A stretch of DNA of 64,000 nt from an uncultured Bacteroidales bacterium (GTDB lineage Bacteria > Bacteroidota > Bacteroidia > Bacteroidales > UBA932). The position numbers and the translations under genes are program-made. This document shows, in pieces, positions 37,674 to 48,507 of the stretch. The notes below the pieces were generated by a model. The model searched no databases. It saw only the letters and a program-made list of their open reading frames with translations, and was not told the origin of the DNA. Location: NCBI GenBank assembly GCA_934700615.1, contig CAKUXR010000003.1:15536-79535 (forward strand), in the 5' to 3' direction. Position 1 is the stretch's first letter; each line of letters begins with the position of its first letter.

Positions 37674-39068
37674 CTACCCTATCATATTTTTAGGATCGAG
37701 AGCCTTGTCAAGCTCCTCTTTTGTGAGGATCCCTCTTTCGAGGACGATGTCATAGACTGAACGGTTGGTTTCGAGCGCCTCTTTGGCAACCTTCGTGCTG
37801 GCCTTATAACCGATGATAGGGTTAAGGGCTGTCACGATACCGATACTGTTCTTGACCATTTCATAGCAACGTTCCTTGTTTACGGTGATGCCGTTTATAC
37901 ACTTCTCGCGAAGAGTGTTCATGGCATTGGTAAGCCAAGTTATGCTCTCCATGATGGACTCGGCGATAACCGGCTCCATAACGTTGAGCTGAAGCTGTCC
38001 AGCCTCTGCCGCAAATGAAACTGTCATATCATTACCGATAACCTTGAAGCAAACCTGGTTGGTAACTTCAGGGATAACAGGGTTGACCTTGCCCGGCATG
38101 ATAGACGAGCCCGGAGCCATTGGAGGAAGATTGATTTCCTTCAAACCGCAACGAGGACCTGAAGCCATGAGTCTGAGGTCATTGCAAATCTTGGAAAGTT
38201 TAACGGCAAGTCTCTTCAGAGCGCCTGAGTAGCTTACATATGCGCCGGTATCAGGAGTAGCCTCCACGAGGTCCGGAGCAGCGATGAACTTCTCGCCGGT
38301 AAGCTCGGTCATCTTCTTTGCGCACAACTCAGGGAAACCTGGCTTCGCATTCAGACCGGTACCGATTGCTGTTCCACCCATATTGATTTCATAAAGGAGA
38401 TTCACATTTCTCTCAATATTGAGAACCTCTTCCTCGAGGTTGGTCGCATAAGCGTGGAACTCCTGGCCGGATGTCATAGGAACGGCATCCTGAAGCTGTG
38501 TACGTCCCATCTTGATCACATCCTTGAACTCCTCACCCTTTGCCTTGAAAGCATCGATGAGATCCTTGAGAGCCTTCTCCAGATTTCTGTTCATTCTGAT
38601 GAAAGCATAACGGAATGCTGAAGGATATGCGTCATTGGTGGACTGGGCACAGTTCACATGATCGTTAGGAGAGCAGAACTGATATTCGCCTTTCTTGTGT
38701 CCCATGATTTCGAGAGCCCTGTTGGCAATAACCTCGTTCGCATTCATGTTCACAGATGTTCCAGCACCGCCCTGCATCATATCCACAGGGAACTGGTCGT
38801 GGAACTTACCGTCGATAATCTCGCGGCAAGCCTCTACGATAGCATCAGCGATCTTTCCATCCATGGCTCCGAGTTCCTTATTAGTCTGCGCAGCAGCCAA
38901 CTTGATGCAAGCCATTGCGATGACATACTCAGGGTAATCGCACATTCTGGTGTTGGAAATCTTATAGTTATTGATAGCCCTCTGTGTCTGAACACCGTAA
39001 TAGGCATCAACAGGAACCTGAAGTTCACCAAGAAGGTCAGATTCAATTCTGAATTTCTCTTCGCTCAT
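37674..39068 (-). CDS. aspA: Aspartate ammonia-lyase (aspartase)
   Basis: Fumarase/aspartase family signature [11 protein letters not shown]; an N-terminus ([25 protein letters not shown]) typical of AspA; 464 aa. Confidence 0.85.
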   Translation of the reverse strand: MSEEKFRIESDLLGELQVPVDAYYGVQTQRAINNYKISNTRMCDYPEYVIAMACIKLAAAQTNKELGAMDGKIADAIVEACREIIDGKFHDQFPVDMMQGGAGTSVNMNANEVIANRALEIMGHKKGEYQFCSPNDHVNCAQSTNDAYPSAFRYAFIRMNRNLEKALKDLIDAFKAKGEEFKDVIKMGRTQLQDAVPMTSGQEFHAYATNLEEEVLNIERNVNLLYEINMGGTAIGTGLNAKPGFPELCAKKMTELTGEKFIAAPDLVEATPDTGAYVSYSGALKRLAVKLSKICNDLRLMASGPRCGLKEINLPPMAPGSSIMPGKVNPVIPEVTNQVCFKVIGNDMTVSFAAEAGQLQLNVMEPVIAESIMESITWLTNAMNTLREKCINGITVNKERCYEMVKNSIGIVTALNPIIGYKASTKVAKEALETNRSVYDIVLERGILTKEELDKALDPKNMIG

Positions 39069-39313
39069 AACGAATTATTGTTATCTGTTTGTAAATTGTT
39101 TTAGTTTATATGCACAAATATAAGATTAAAAGAAATCATAAGCAAAAACTACGATATAAATTTCAATTTATTCATAAAAGCCGCAATACTCTTAACAATT
39201 TGGCACATTTTTACGCAAATCCGCCCAAACGAATTGCTTTCTCCTGAAAATTCCGTAAAAATGGTAGCCGTTCCTAAGGATAATCTCCCTATCTTTACAA
39301 AAAAACAAGAACC

Positions 39314-40480
39314 ATGTTAGGCAATTTCACATTCCATAACCCCACGAAACTGATTTTCGGAGAGGATTCATTAAGCAAGCTCAGCGAAGAATTGAAGAAC
39401 TACGGGCCAAAGGTCATGCTGGTCTATGGCGGAGGAAGCATAAAGAAATACGGCATCTATGATCTCGTGATAGCAGAACTGAAAAAAGCCGGAAATCAGG
39501 TAGTCGAACTGTCAGGCGTCATGCCGAACCCTACCATTGAAAAAGTCATAGAAGGAGCCAGGCTCGCAAGACAGGAAAACATTGACCTTATCCTCGGCGT
39601 GGGCGGCGGTTCCACCATCGATTACTGCAAGGCGGTGGCTGGCTGTGCATGGCACGACGGAGACCCTTGGGAGGACTATTTCAAGAACTGGAAGCCTCTC
39701 ACATGCCGCTGGATACCGGTAGGCTGCGTGCTCACCATGGCAGGCACTGGCTCAGAGATGAACGACTGCTCAGTCATCACAAACCACACCGAGAAGCTGA
39801 AGTTGCACTACAATTTCCGCAACCCGGATTTCTCCATCCTTAACCCGACATTCACTTTCACCGTCCCGAAATACCAGATGGTAGCGGGCATCTACGACAT
39901 CATGAGCCACATTCTGGAGCAGTATCTCTCCGGCAACGACGACAACACCAGCGACTACATCTCCGAAGGACTGATGCGTTCGCTCGTCACCAGCTCGCGC
40001 AAGGCTCTTGTCAATGCCAATGATTACGAGGCCAGATCAAACATCATGTGGACCGCCACATGGGCGCTCAACTCCCTCATTGACAGAGGCAAAGCCACAG
40101 ACTGGATGGTCCACATGCTTGGACAGGCGGTTGCAGCATACACTGACGCGACACACGGGCACACTCTCTCGGCCGTGAGCGGAGCCTACTATCGCCTGCT
40201 GATAAGAAAGGCCCCGGATGCAGTCGCCAGATTCAGAAGACTTGCCGTCAATGTCTGGAACGTTACGACAGGCAACAAGACAGACGAGGAGATTGCAATG
40301 GAGGGTCTGGGGACTATGGAGAACTGGATGCGTGAACTTGGACTTGCCATGAACATCACAGAATGCGGAGCAAGACCTGAGCTTCTCGAAGGCATGGCCG
40401 ACGCATGCCCTATCTGCAAAGGCGGATACTATATTCTCAGCAGGGACGAAGTCATCCAGGTCCTCAGAGAGAGCCTCTAA
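39314..40480 (+). CDS. Iron-containing alcohol dehydrogenase (NADH-dependent butanol dehydrogenase-like)
   Basis: Fe-ADH family motifs (GGGSTIDYCKAVA, metal-binding His cluster HGHTLSAV). Confidence 0.9.
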   Translation: MLGNFTFHNPTKLIFGEDSLSKLSEELKNYGPKVMLVYGGGSIKKYGIYDLVIAELKKAGNQVVELSGVMPNPTIEKVIEGARLARQENIDLILGVGGGSTIDYCKAVAGCAWHDGDPWEDYFKNWKPLTCRWIPVGCVLTMAGTGSEMNDCSVITNHTEKLKLHYNFRNPDFSILNPTFTFTVPKYQMVAGIYDIMSHILEQYLSGNDDNTSDYISEGLMRSLVTSSRKALVNANDYEARSNIMWTATWALNSLIDRGKATDWMVHMLGQAVAAYTDATHGHTLSAVSGAYYRLLIRKAPDAVARFRRLAVNVWNVTTGNKTDEEIAMEGLGTMENWMRELGLAMNITECGARPELLEGMADACPICKGGYYILSRDEVIQVLRESL

Positions 40481-40508
40481 AGACATTGACATTCATATAT
40501 TTACAAAA

Positions 40509-40613
40509 CAGGAAGGTGTGTCAAAACTCCTTTTTTGAAGAAATCACCCCTACTACAGTTATCTGTAGCAGGGGTAAACCTTTCTATTTGGGCATTATGA
40601 CACACCCTCCTGT
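40509..40613. repeat. Structured intergenic element: a 17-bp perfect terminal inverted repeat enclosing a second 12-bp hairpin. May be a MITE/REP-like element or a complex bidirectional terminator.
   Basis: Outer arms aacaggaaggtgtgtca (40509-40525) and tgacacaccctcctgtt (40597-40613). Inner hairpin cccctactacag-ttat-ctgtagcagggg followed by a T-rich tail. Confidence 0.35.
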
Positions 40614-40617
40614 TTGC

Positions 40618-43002
40618 TTATAGGCCCAAAAGACGGAAGAGTCCAGATGCTCCAAGCCGCTGCTTCGTCTTCTTGGATTTCTTGTCATCCTGCACCTGAT
40701 CCGATGCCCCCGACTTGGCATCCGTTTCGGACTGAACCTTCCGGGAAGGAGTATATTCAGAAGGAATCTCAATGTTGTAAGGCGCTTTGCTGAGTTTCAA
40801 GTCATAGAAGACATACTGCCCCGAGCGCTTGTCCCCGCACTCAAGCCAGAACATAAGCTGATGGCACTTGAAGATCGGGACAGTAACCGTAAGAGGCTGC
40901 ATCTTGTTGTCCAGCCAGAACTCCCCTACAAGTACCTGATCAGCAAACACATTGAGCTTTACAGGATTCTTCACCGCCTCTTCACTCCTGTTCTGGAATA
41001 CATCATCGAACTCATCCATGTGCTCCATCTTGTTGGCAACAGTGAAAGTACAGCTCTCATATTCTCCATAGGGATTGAACGCCGCAGCCGAAGCCTGTTT
41101 GTTGTTCTTGTCCTCCAGAAGCAGGAAGATGCCCGCCGTAGGAGTTCCGCCTGAGACTCCGCCGCTGACGCCTGTATATGCCGCTACGTCAGAGCCGCTG
41201 ATAGTCGCGCCGACTCCTGTCAATGCCATGAATACGGCATCCATGACCGTCACATTCTCCAGTCCTAGAGGAATGTTTGTCTCCAGCATGAAACCCTTGT
41301 TGATCTGTCTTCCGTCCTTCATCTGGAAATATTTCGTGATAGTGCTTCCGTCGTGGAAACATTCGTCCATGCTGAATTCGGTCAAATCACTTACATACCT
41401 TCCGACAAAATGGAAATAAGGCTTGCCGCAAAGGTCTATCAGGTCTGTCTCAAACGGGCAGTCCGGCACGTCATGCTCGAACACATTGTTAGGAACAGGC
41501 TTGCCACGATAGAGAATAATGTCACCCACACCTATGATAGTCTGCTTGTTCTTTCCGTTGCCCATCTTCTCGAACCTGAGCGTACGGCACTTTGAAACAG
41601 GGATTTCGTAATGCTGGTTAGGCCATGTGCAATATATGGTCTTGTCGAAGACAAGCTGCCCGTCGGCATAGATGCGGAGATTGTCATCATCCAATACGTG
41701 ATTCTTGCTGAGACATCCAGCATCGAAACTTATCCAGTCATACTCCCCTGCCAGGTCAAACTCCGCATAAGAATCCACCCTGTCCCCCAGCATCGTATTG
41801 CCTGTCGTCAGGAGCAAGCCTTCCCAATAGCGTTCCCCACCCATCGAGAATGTATAATGACGGGATTCTCCCTCGAACAGAGTATTATTTGCAGCACTGA
41901 CACCACGAACCGAATAAGGTTTGATAGAGGACATAAGCGGGCAGATATCCGGCAGTTTAGAAATCCTGTCCCTATTGGAATTGACAAGTCCCTCCGCCGG
42001 AACAGATGAATCGCCTTGCGGGTGAGCCGTGATATCCACTACGCCGTATGTTATGCCTCCGAGGAAATCACTGTTACGGTACTCACAGGTAAATGCCAAC
42101 TGCGTAGCTCCGTTCACATCGACCACCACTTGTTTAGCGAGGTCTCTCTGGGTTATCATCCCTTCATATACTGTCTTCTTGTCCGCCTTTACGATAAGCC
42201 AGGCACTGGAGTTGGTACTCTGATTATCTCTCGGGCCCACAACGAATGAAACCTTGTCATACCTCTTGTCAAGCCAGAAGCAGGCGGTTCCCTGTTCCTT
42301 TCCCGAAAGAGCCTGAGATACAGAGAACTGGATTCCGGAATCATAATCCTTACGGGTAATGCTTATCGTCTTCACCTCGGACATGCTTGACTTGAACCGG
42401 TCTCCCACGACAGGCTTCACTCCACCATTTCCCTTCATGTAATAAAGTTGATTGGTCTTCATCATATCCACAGTCCCCTTCGGCAAACCAGAAAGCAATG
42501 TATTGGGATTGGATGGGGTAACGCCCGCCTTCCACAACTTGATATTTCCGAAAGAGATGTCCAGACTGCCACGTGGCACGGTAAACGTCAATTCATTGAC
42601 ACCGGCAACATCGAAAGTATAGAATCTCGGCGCGTCATATCCGTAAACGACCTCATCCATAAGTCTCTTCCCGTCTCCGGAAACAGTCACGATAGAGTTC
42701 CCGGGATCGGACGAGCCTACAGAGAAAGGCCCCACGATCAGCGTCATCTTGCTATAGGCTCCCTTAAGGTTGAACACAGCCTTTCCCGGGACATTGTCGG
42801 CAATCAATCCGCCCGAAGGGGACCCCAATGTAAATCCCCCCTTGACATTGTATCCGCTAATGGAAACTGATCGTTCGTTCGACTTATATACATTGCATTT
42901 CGACTTGCTTGTCGGAGCGAGAACATTGACCATTACAGTCTGTGCATTCACGTGCGACAAGCCGATGAGCATCAATGCGACAAAGGAAAGTATCTTCTTC
43001 AT
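40618..43002 (-). CDS. Secreted multi-repeat protein with NPCBM/NEW2-like (discoidin-type) carbohydrate-binding repeats
   Basis: Signal peptide; about four repeated ~170-aa modules each ending in a G-x-I-x-L/Y-K motif (ISFGNIKLWK, GDIILYRG, YVFYDLKLSK); Lys-rich C-terminal tail. Confidence 0.6.
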   Translation of the reverse strand: MKKILSFVALMLIGLSHVNAQTVMVNVLAPTSKSKCNVYKSNERSVSISGYNVKGGFTLGSPSGGLIADNVPGKAVFNLKGAYSKMTLIVGPFSVGSSDPGNSIVTVSGDGKRLMDEVVYGYDAPRFYTFDVAGVNELTFTVPRGSLDISFGNIKLWKAGVTPSNPNTLLSGLPKGTVDMMKTNQLYYMKGNGGVKPVVGDRFKSSMSEVKTISITRKDYDSGIQFSVSQALSGKEQGTACFWLDKRYDKVSFVVGPRDNQSTNSSAWLIVKADKKTVYEGMITQRDLAKQVVVDVNGATQLAFTCEYRNSDFLGGITYGVVDITAHPQGDSSVPAEGLVNSNRDRISKLPDICPLMSSIKPYSVRGVSAANNTLFEGESRHYTFSMGGERYWEGLLLTTGNTMLGDRVDSYAEFDLAGEYDWISFDAGCLSKNHVLDDDNLRIYADGQLVFDKTIYCTWPNQHYEIPVSKCRTLRFEKMGNGKNKQTIIGVGDIILYRGKPVPNNVFEHDVPDCPFETDLIDLCGKPYFHFVGRYVSDLTEFSMDECFHDGSTITKYFQMKDGRQINKGFMLETNIPLGLENVTVMDAVFMALTGVGATISGSDVAAYTGVSGGVSGGTPTAGIFLLLEDKNNKQASAAAFNPYGEYESCTFTVANKMEHMDEFDDVFQNRSEEAVKNPVKLNVFADQVLVGEFWLDNKMQPLTVTVPIFKCHQLMFWLECGDKRSGQYVFYDLKLSKAPYNIEIPSEYTPSRKVQSETDAKSGASDQVQDDKKSKKTKQRLGASGLFRLLGL

Positions 43003-43073
43003 ACAAGCAGATTATCAATAGGTTATCAATTATTTACTGCAATATGGCAAATCCCTGTCTTCCGCACAGTGAG

Positions 43074-43191
43074 CCATATTCCGAAAGGTAGTGAATAATC
43101 GAGATATCTGCAAGTTCAGCCACTATTGCATCTTGCTAATCGATGATTATGATGTTTTCCTATAAGACGTTATCGCACACAAGGTTGTAAC
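43074..43191. repeat. Direct repeat A (about 118 bp, about 90% identical to repeat B). Contains a duplicated copy of the last 14 codons of the ABC-2 permease (VTTLCAITSYRKTS*) and a degenerate remnant of the N-terminus of the 236-aa gene.
   Basis: 42-bp and 35-bp perfectly identical blocks with 51943-52059. Translation of the minus strand reproduces the permease C-terminus. Confidence 0.75.
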
Positions 43192-43320
43192 CCGGCAGTT
43201 TGACAAATATATTTTCAACGATTTTAACTTGCTTTTACGAAAAAATGCCTTGTATTTGAGAGAACAACACTCTTTTGGCAACTTTAAGTGGATATATTAT
43301 TTATTCCCGGTTAAAAGCAG

Positions 43321-43328
43321 TAACTTTG
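43321..43328 (+). promoter_or_regulatory. -7 promoter element TAACTTTG upstream of the HTH gene
   Basis: TAnnTTTG match 27 nt upstream of the ATG at 43355. Confidence 0.35.
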
Positions 43329-43354
43329 CGGCAAACACAACAAATAATTGAAGT

Positions 43355-43561
43355 ATGGCGGATTTAAATCGTGTCAAGACCGTATTGGCAGAAAGAGGTA
43401 TTATGAGTAAATGGTTGGCAAAGACATTGCATAAGGACCCTGCCACAGTATCGAAGTGGTGCAACAACCACGCACAACCTGACTTGAAGACACTGGCACA
43501 AATAGCCGATGTTCTCAATGTGGATATACACGAGTTGATTTGCCATACCAAAGTGGAATGA
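43355..43561 (+). CDS. XRE-family helix-turn-helix transcriptional regulator (68 aa)
   Basis: HTH_3-like sequence (MSKWLAKTLHKDPATVSKWCNNHAQPDLKTLAQIADVLNVDIHELI). Confidence 0.8.
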   Translation: MADLNRVKTVLAERGIMSKWLAKTLHKDPATVSKWCNNHAQPDLKTLAQIADVLNVDIHELICHTKVE

Positions 43562-43568
43562 ACAGAAT

Positions 43569-44987
43569 ATGAGATATACTATCGAAGAGATACGTCAGAT
43601 GCCCGAAGGGCAGACTTTCGACTGCAAGAGCATTCATATAGAACCGAAGGCTCTCGCCAACACTATTGTCGCTATGGCAAATGCCGATGGCGGCATGATA
43701 GCCGTAGGTATATCCGACAAGACTCGTCGTATCGAGGGTGTCAACCAAGACAAGGCTCATTTGAATGAGATACTTCGCACTCCGTTTGACTTCTGTGTAC
43801 CCACCATTTCTGTTACGACAGAGTTCATGCCTTGCCAAGACAGCGAGGGCAATGACAACCACATACTGATAATCCATGTCCCGGCCAGTCCTCGCCTCCA
43901 TGCCAACCAAGCCGATGAGGTGTTTTGGCGGGTGGGCGACAAGTCGCGTAAGCTACCCTTTGAGGAACGTCTGCAACTGATGTATGACAAGGGTGAACGA
44001 TACTATGAGGACAGCCCTGCCTACGATGCCACTATCGAGGATATCGACATAGATGCCGTAAAAGCATATATGAAGCGCATTGGTTATGGCAAGTCTCCAA
44101 TGGAATACCTGCAAGAGAACAAAGGATTCCTGACTTACAAGGGCAATGTACCACAAATCAGCACTGCCTGCATCTTGCTCTTCGGTAAGCATCCCCAGAA
44201 CTTCTTCCCTCGTGCCCGTGTCCGTTTTATCAAGTACTATGGTACGGAAGAGAAAGTCGGCAGGGAAATGAACGTCATCAAGGATGTCACCTTCGAGGGG
44301 CGCATCCTCGACCAGATACAGAAAACCATCGACTACCTCGAAACGCAAGTGAAGGAACATTCCTATCTCGGTGAGGACGGACTCTTCAAGACCGACAGGG
44401 AATATCCTAAGTTCGTGATACAAGAGATGACGGTAAACTCGGTTTGCCACCGCGATTATAGCATCAAAGGAACGGAGATACAGATAAAGATGTTTGATGA
44501 CCGACTTGTGTTCGAGACCCCCGGTAAGCTGCCAGGTATCGTCCGCACCGACAATATCCGCCACACCCATTTTTCCCGTAATCCCAAGATAGCCGAGTAC
44601 CTGAAAGCCTACGACTATGTAAAGGAGTTCGGTGAAGGAGTTGACCGTATGTGTCGTGAGCTTTCTGCCATTGGCACGAAGGAACCCCAATATCATTTGG
44701 TCGCCTTTATAATGAAAGCTTCTGTGTGGGCTAATTTATTGGAGGAAGGGCAAGAAAAGACCATATCCGACCAGAAGCGACCAGAAAGCGACCAGATAAG
44801 CGACCAGATAAAAATGATTTTAGAACTAATCAAGGAAAAACCACAAATAAGTAGAAGCGAAATTTCACACAGAATGGGACTTCATGAAAGTAGTGTAAAG
44901 CGTCGTCTGAAGATGATGGCTGATAAAGGTATTATTCAACGCATAGGTTCCGACAAAGGTGGTTATTGGCAAATCAGCAATAACTAA
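43569..44987 (+). CDS. AlbA_2 (Schlafen-like divergent AAA) plus HATPase_c_4 plus C-terminal winged-HTH ATP-binding protein
   Basis: An N-terminal E-x-K-S/E ... VAMANADGGMIAVGI AlbA_2 core, a central HATPase_c_4-like region (NSVCHRDYS) and a C-terminal HTH (ISRSEISHRMGLHESSVKRRLKMMADKGII). A short tandem repeat of agcgaccaga units sits in the linker (44742-44790). Confidence 0.85.
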   Translation: MRYTIEEIRQMPEGQTFDCKSIHIEPKALANTIVAMANADGGMIAVGISDKTRRIEGVNQDKAHLNEILRTPFDFCVPTISVTTEFMPCQDSEGNDNHILIIHVPASPRLHANQADEVFWRVGDKSRKLPFEERLQLMYDKGERYYEDSPAYDATIEDIDIDAVKAYMKRIGYGKSPMEYLQENKGFLTYKGNVPQISTACILLFGKHPQNFFPRARVRFIKYYGTEEKVGREMNVIKDVTFEGRILDQIQKTIDYLETQVKEHSYLGEDGLFKTDREYPKFVIQEMTVNSVCHRDYSIKGTEIQIKMFDDRLVFETPGKLPGIVRTDNIRHTHFSRNPKIAEYLKAYDYVKEFGEGVDRMCRELSAIGTKEPQYHLVAFIMKASVWANLLEEGQEKTISDQKRPESDQISDQIKMILELIKEKPQISRSEISHRMGLHESSVKRRLKMMADKGIIQRIGSDKGGYWQISNN

Positions 44988-44996
44988 ATTAAAAAA

Positions 44997-46529
44997 ATGA
45001 ATTCACAATTAAACAAATCAGATTATACAAAGCACTCCAATTCAAATTGGATAGAAAAACGCAAAAATGATATAGGGCTCACCGATCTTTTTTTGATGGA
45101 TTCATCGAATAATGAGATTGGAGAGATTATGTCATTATTCAATACTCATGGATTTGTAGTAATAAAAGGAGATAAGGGTTATGGATTGATAGACAAACAA
45201 TTGAAAGTAATCCTTGATTGCTCGTACATTTTTAAATATAACAGATGTGGTCCTGACTTTGCATACCATTATTTAGTTGTACAGAAAAATGGGTGTTATG
45301 GTCTGGTAAATGAAATTGGGAAAATTGTTGTACCATGCCAATATCCAGGCTTTGCATCTTTTAGTAATGCCGATAATAATAATTTATTAGACAGGGGATT
45401 TTTATGTATTACAGACGGTAATAAGTATGGTTTGATTGAAATAGCCAATTCAAATCAATATCTACTTAATTGTGTTTACGATAGGATAGTATTTCATTCA
45501 AACAAACAATATATCTGGCAGGATTTCTTGTGTGCAGCCGATAATAGGTATATTGTTGGTTATTCTGCAAAATCATGTACTGTGTTTGATGTTCTATCAC
45601 ATCAGTTTTTTACCATAAATGAGCAGGTATATAACATTGAAGTTATTTTCAACAATCATGTTGTTGCTATTTCAAAGTTTTCTAAAACAGATGATACTTT
45701 GAGATATAATATTCTTTCAATAGAAAATGGTATTACAATGAACGAAAAAGAATATGACGGACTAGCAACTTTAGATGGGGAATATATACAAGTACGCCAG
45801 GGTGAGAACTGGGGCATTTTTGATTTGTCTGAAAATAAAGAGATTATTCCATGCCAATATTTTCACGGTGAGAAGCAAAGTTACTTTTCCGTTCACTTTT
45901 GTCCAGGTTTCATGGTAAAGCCCAATGAGGAATTGATATTGGTTTTAATTGATGGCTTGTGGGGTTATATTAACAAAAGCAATAACTTAGTTATTGACTG
46001 TATTTATGAAAAAGCAAGACCTTTTTCCGAGGGCATGGCGGCCGTTTATCAACATTTTTATTGGAGATTTATAAACTCAGAAGGTGAATTTGTAGGAGGA
46101 AAATATATGGAAGTGTTGGATTTTAATGAAGGAATGGCAGGTGTAAAAGAATTCGATAAATGGGGATATATTAACAAGTATGGAATTCAGATTATCCCTT
46201 TCCGTTTTTCTGAAGCAGAATCCTTTTCAGAGGGATTGGCACCGGTGGCTTTTAAAAATAAGTGGGGATACATAAATGAAATGAATGAAACAGTCATACC
46301 TTTCCGATATCAATGGGCATATCCATTTAATGATGGAATTGCAAGTGTTAATGATTATGGAGGAAATGGGCATATTGATAAAAATGGGAAATGGATTGAT
46401 TATGAAGAATATAAACAAGATAATAATATTTATCATAATTATGAAGCAGAACGTTGGGATGCACTAACAGATGGAATGGAAGGCGATTACCCTGGTTCTG
46501 GTGTTGACTACGATTTATTAGGATTTTAA
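44997..46529 (+). CDS. WG-repeat-containing protein (510 aa, no signal peptide)
   Basis: Multiple WG-repeat units (KWGYINKYG, KWGYINEMNE, LWGYINKSNN, NGCYGLVNEIGK ..). Very AT-rich. Confidence 0.8.
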   Translation: MNSQLNKSDYTKHSNSNWIEKRKNDIGLTDLFLMDSSNNEIGEIMSLFNTHGFVVIKGDKGYGLIDKQLKVILDCSYIFKYNRCGPDFAYHYLVVQKNGCYGLVNEIGKIVVPCQYPGFASFSNADNNNLLDRGFLCITDGNKYGLIEIANSNQYLLNCVYDRIVFHSNKQYIWQDFLCAADNRYIVGYSAKSCTVFDVLSHQFFTINEQVYNIEVIFNNHVVAISKFSKTDDTLRYNILSIENGITMNEKEYDGLATLDGEYIQVRQGENWGIFDLSENKEIIPCQYFHGEKQSYFSVHFCPGFMVKPNEELILVLIDGLWGYINKSNNLVIDCIYEKARPFSEGMAAVYQHFYWRFINSEGEFVGGKYMEVLDFNEGMAGVKEFDKWGYINKYGIQIIPFRFSEAESFSEGLAPVAFKNKWGYINEMNETVIPFRYQWAYPFNDGIASVNDYGGNGHIDKNGKWIDYEEYKQDNNIYHNYEAERWDALTDGMEGDYPGSGVDYDLLGF

Positions 46530-46541
46530 TAACGGAAACAA

Positions 46542-46760
46542 ATGTTTGCAAAAGGATATACAAATATTAGGGCGATGATAGAAACCCAATATGGGATTTT
46601 ATCACATATGATAACGGATATAGCTTACAGATACCAAACGCTATTAAAACTGACAGAGGAAGAAGCTGAGCGATTGGCGCAAAATAATTCCGATGGAGAT
46701 CATGATGTCTATCATACTATTTTGAATAGTTTTAATGATGTTGAGGAAAGGTCGTTGTGA
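46542..46760 (+). CDS. Hypothetical small protein (72 aa)
   Basis: An ORF 12 nt after the WG-repeat gene; no domain recognised. Could be spurious. Confidence 0.25.
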   Translation: MFAKGYTNIRAMIETQYGILSHMITDIAYRYQTLLKLTEEEAERLAQNNSDGDHDVYHTILNSFNDVEERSL

Positions 46761-47133
46761 TTGATGACGGAAAGCAGAAAGATCCTGTTTTGCGCGATTT
46801 TTTCTTACTATGAGACAATGCTCAACGAATTTGTCCTGTATTATAAAATTGCAAATAATGCCACCCATCCATCACAAATACTTGATTCAATTCTTGTAAT
46901 GTGATAGGAAGGCACATTTCATTCTGATACACCCGGTACATTTGAAAGTGATATGGACGGTACATTTAAAGTGCCGACATCAATTAAAACGCCATAACAA
47001 AATAATGATTAATTATCTGGTAATTTTGTAAGCCTCCGGTGACGCCCGTATTGAACAAATCGAACTTTTAGCACATTATAGATGGCTCTACTCGCACTTG
47101 ACTGTTTATTCTGCATAGTTGTATAAACAAATG

Positions 47134-48330
47134 TCACCATTTACCTGAATACCCGAAGTTTGCGTAGTGCTTAACTTCTGCTCTAATTTGACTGTTAATG
47201 TCTTTTTCTTCGATGTCCAAATTATTTTCAATGAACTTCAACAACTCATCATCTGTATGCACGGTTCCAAGTGCTTCCAATAGTTTGTGATGACCGCATC
47301 TTTTCTGTATGAGATTAACTATTACCAAACCAATTAGATAATTTTTCTGCGTCATGTTCCCGGAATCAAACCTATCCAATATTCTAAGGTCTATTTCAGG
47401 ATGAGCATCCAAATAATAGTCTAGGTCTCGAAAATGGGTCTGTATCGGAATTCCGATTATCTTCGGATTCTCGGAATAATATTCAGATAAACCATCTGTG
47501 AGCAAGTGATGTGTCCCCCTGTATTTTACTAACACGAACCGCATCATCTCATGCGGATAGAATTCTCCCTGCGTGGCATTTGAGTAAATAATGTAATTGT
47601 CAATATCTGTCGTACCTCCCAAATCATTGGTGTCAAATACTGCAGTCTCACCAAAATCATAACCAAAGCCTTTCAACCTCTGCGACTCTCGGAACCCATC
47701 TGAAATATACACATCCAGATGAGGCAGCTTAATGCCAAAATTATCGAGTAAAAAAGAGCGAAATTTAAGGGCTTTATTTATCTTGCCTCTGTTTGGCTTA
47801 TATGTCTGGTAATGAAAAGTGATGTCACCTTTTGTTACACTTTTCCAGTTCTTTGAATAATAATCTAGCCAGTTGCCAAGAACGAAATTGTTATTCTCGT
47901 CCTTAAAGGAAAGTACATGTGTAGTGCACAGCACATAAGGATACTCCGAGAAATGCCCCCAATAATACATTGAATGTATATCATAATAATCGTCATTCAA
48001 AGGCTTGATAGATAACACCAGGTTCTTTAGTTCACCATATTTCGCCAATCCATATAATTCCAGATACCCTTCAGAACGGAGCAAATCATAACTTTTATAC
48101 TTCTCTTTATCTCTACAATTCCAATATGGATTATTATATAAACTGTCCGGAGAACTCATAAGATAATCGGTCCACAGCTGATTGATTTTGACAATATCTG
48201 GATTCTTCTGATTCTCCGTCTCCACCAATGAATTAGAAATAATCTGTTGTGCATGTAGATTCACGCACAACACTAAAGAAGGTATAATACAACAATATAT
48301 ATGCTTCATAACAATAAACGTTTTAGACAA
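47134..48330 (-). CDS. Secreted hypothetical protein (398 aa)
   Basis: N-terminal signal peptide; no recognised catalytic motif (HEMMR rather than HExxH). Confidence 0.65.
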   Translation of the reverse strand: MSKTFIVMKHIYCCIIPSLVLCVNLHAQQIISNSLVETENQKNPDIVKINQLWTDYLMSSPDSLYNNPYWNCRDKEKYKSYDLLRSEGYLELYGLAKYGELKNLVLSIKPLNDDYYDIHSMYYWGHFSEYPYVLCTTHVLSFKDENNNFVLGNWLDYYSKNWKSVTKGDITFHYQTYKPNRGKINKALKFRSFLLDNFGIKLPHLDVYISDGFRESQRLKGFGYDFGETAVFDTNDLGGTTDIDNYIIYSNATQGEFYPHEMMRFVLVKYRGTHHLLTDGLSEYYSENPKIIGIPIQTHFRDLDYYLDAHPEIDLRILDRFDSGNMTQKNYLIGLVIVNLIQKRCGHHKLLEALGTVHTDDELLKFIENNLDIEEKDINSQIRAEVKHYANFGYSGKW

Positions 48331-48507
48331 TTAGAGTTTATAGTCTGAAAATAAAATACTTGGCCCATTCTCCCAATTAGACAAACGATAATATGTATCT
48401 TCATCAACTTGTAAAAGAGCATTTGATAAAGAATTATACAGGAAATAATCTTTTCCATTGTATACAGTAAAAGGTATAATTTGAGACAAGCATAAAAGTA
48501 ATCTATG

